Notes under the pieces: generated by a model
Told to the model about the DNA's origin: nothing
Databases searched by the model: none
Seen by the model: the letters and a program-made list of their open reading frames with translations, nothing else
In this document: piece by piece, positions 24,003 to 25,739 of the stretch
Layout of the letters: each line of letters opens with the position of its first letter
Position numbering within the stretch: the stretch's first letter is position 1
Position numbers and translations under genes: made by a program
Assembly: GCA_965649145.1 (NCBI GenBank)
Contig: CBFGJR010000190.1
Coordinates: 1-25,739, forward strand
DNA: 25,739 nt
Reading direction: 5' to 3'
Source of the DNA: a candidate division WOR-3 bacterium
GTDB taxonomy: Bacteria > Hydrothermota > Hydrothermia > Hydrothermales > JAJRUZ01

Positions 24003-25739
24003 TTATTTATTATCAAAAACAACAACTTTCCTTTTAATTTTTGAAAATCCATCAATATCAGCTACTATAAAATAAACACCCTGTGAAGGAATATCAAGAG
24101 TAAATTCATAAATTCCAGGCTCTTTTTCACCTTTCAAAAGACCAGAAATCTTCCTTCCTGATGAATTATAAAGAGAGAGTTCAACATTCCTTTTAAGAGG
24201 CATATAGAAGGATATTTTTGCTTCATCTTTTTTCATAAGAGACGGTGCTTTAATCAGGGGAATAGTTAACCCGCCTCCACCACTCCTTACCTGGAATATT
24301 CCAAAAGTATTCGTTTCAAATAAGAATTTTCCTTCTTCTCTATCAACAACACCCTGAACATTTACCCAACCTATTCCACTTTCGTACCTGTAAAGAGAAA
24401 CTCCTTCATTTTTCAAGGAAGGGTCAATAATCTCCACTAAAAAGTTAGAAGAAATTTTTTCTCCCTTGCGACCGATTGTGATAATATCTGAATAACCTTC
24501 TGAAGACCCTGGAACTATATAATCAAAAGCATTTTTATCATTTCTTGAAAGCGTAAGCATAAATGAATTATTCAAACTGGACGGGAAGCTAACTCTAATA
24601 GAACCATCAGAAGAAGCAAATGTCCCACCCCCTGTTACATAAAAAACAGGAACAGAAATGATAACCTTTGTTCCATTACCTGTTGTATCTTCTACATAAG
24701 CAGTGAAGTTATATATTGTACTCTTCCTCGCAAGTTCCTTTGAGGTAGTAAATAAAGCAATAGGAGCAGAACCTGCAAGGTTTGTTAGATTATCATCCAC
24801 ATCCAATACTCTTCCTCCTTCTAAAATCGTAAGTTTTACTCCTTCCTCATTAACATCCTTATAAACCTTTCTTCTACTCCATAGATATACATCAACAAAA
24901 TTATCAATAGCAGGATTCTGAAAAACCATCAAAACAGGGTACGGAACCTCTAAGTCTCTCCCTCTTGCTGTGCTATAAACTCTTTCAAGGTCAGTATTCA
25001 CAACAACAATCTGCTGTTTCAAGGAGACTGTATTATCATTTAAAAGAATAGAATATAAATGTCTAAGGGTATCTTCGGGCGAGAGTTTATTTATTTCTAC
25101 AGTACTATCAACCTTATAATTAATGTTCCAGACCTCAATAGGCGAAACCCAGTTTCCTGAAGTATCAAAATAGGAAGCATCATCCGGAAAACTCAATCTA
25201 AGAATATGTGTACTTGCATCAGGATTATGAGTGTAAATTATATAGGAGAAAGGCTCCTGCTCAATAAAAGCATATCTTAAATCTGTTGTAGGTTCCTCAG
25301 TAGGGAAAGGGTCAATTATACGATAATCATCTTTTGCATTAAAAATAGCCCATTCAGATATGTATGGTTTAAATCTTGCAAAGGATACTGAAGTATCACT
25401 AAGGAGTTCCTTAATTTTTTGTAACCCATATTTTTCCTTTATATATTCTAAAAAAGTAAAGATTCTTGCAGTGCTAAACTCATTAGCTTCAGGTTCCCCT
25501 TCACCATGATACTTTGAAAAATCTCTCATATCTACATTTGTTCCAGTGGAATCATAATATTCAGTCAAATCAAATAGACCAGGAACCCCTTTTATTGTGT
25601 CTGGCATATTTGAAGTCAATGAGTCTGTCTTATATTTGTAATTAGCAATTAAAAGAGTAGCAAAACCTTTCCTCACCAATTTATTCTCCCTTGGTTTTAG
25701 GTTGAAAAGTCCCCTGTTTATAAACTGATAATCAAATAC
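24003..25739 (-). CDS. Large secreted/surface protein, 5'-truncated by the window edge; T9SS-like C-terminal domain preceded by a ZU5-like beta domain
   Basis: The frame stays open from 25679 to 25739 (VFDYQFINRGLFNLKPRENK-), so the track's TTG is not the true start. Tail ISFYMP...LSLYNSSGRKI...GVYFIVA...RKVVV; FLEYIKEKYG recalls the helix that follows a metallopeptidase active site. Confidence 0.65.
   Translation of the reverse strand, partial: VFDYQFINRGLFNLKPRENKLVRKGFATLLIANYKYKTDSLTSNMPDTIKGVPGLFDLTEYYDSTGTNVDMRDFSKYHGEGEPEANEFSTARIFTFLEYIKEKYGLQKIKELLSDTSVSFARFKPYISEWAIFNAKDDYRIIDPFPTEEPTTDLRYAFIEQEPFSYIIYTHNPDASTHILRLSFPDDASYFDTSGNWVSPIEVWNINYKVDSTVEINKLSPEDTLRHLYSILLNDNTVSLKQQIVVVNTDLERVYSTARGRDLEVPYPVLMVFQNPAIDNFVDVYLWSRRKVYKDVNEEGVKLTILEGGRVLDVDDNLTNLAGSAPIALFTTSKELARKSTIYNFTAYVEDTTGNGTKVIISVPVFYVTGGGTFASSDGSIRVSFPSSLNNSFMLTLSRNDKNAFDYIVPGSSEGYSDIITIGRKGEKISSNFLVEIIDPSLKNEGVSLYRYESGIGWVNVQGVVDREEGKFLFETNTFGIFQVRSGGGGLTIPLIKAPSLMKKDEAKISFYMPLKRNVELSLYNSSGRKISGLLKGEKEPGIYEFTLDIPSQGVYFIVADIDGFSKIKRKVVVFDNK

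Overview
AT-rich (roughly 30-33% GC by eye) bacterial chromosomal segment, mostly housekeeping. By inference it comes from a thermophilic FCB-affiliated lineage such as WOR-3/Hydrothermae, based on T9SS-like C-terminal domains, a DUF3098-like protein, an archaeal-type HEPN-MNT pair and a Cys-loop EF-Tu. Bases 1-10.7 kb (minus strand) hold rpsL-rpsG-fusA-tuf followed by the S10 cluster (rpsJ to rpmC). That cluster stops at rpmC and runs directly into mreB-mreC-(mreD); rpsQ and the spc genes are absent from their usual position. Bases 10.9-18.6 kb (plus strand) hold a HEPN-MNT pair, tRNA-Thr(GGT), a TsaC/LMW-phosphatase fusion, purM, gyrA, a hypothetical membrane protein, a PGRP/T7-lysozyme-like amidase and mdh. 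Bases 18.6-25.7 kb (minus strand) hold a 5'-truncated large secreted protein, a TPR lipoprotein, an Asp-box protein with a T9SS-like tail, a TPR/LpoA-like protein, a 58-aa DUF3098-like protein missed by the ORF track, and dppA. The most striking unexplained signal is a tRNA T-arm-like hairpin, GGG-TTCWAWY-CCC. It occurs four times, always between a TATAAT box and the start codon (tuf, rpsL, mdh, the 573-aa secreted protein), and upstream of tuf it extends into a 7+5 bp acceptor/T-stem mimic with an alternative fold. Also notable are an str-operon EF-G whose domain IV tips are degenerate, a non-canonical EF-Tu switch I, and divergent L22 and L4 tunnel loops. No CRISPR array, IS element or prophage was seen. 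All family assignments are from motif recognition by eye; no database searches were run.
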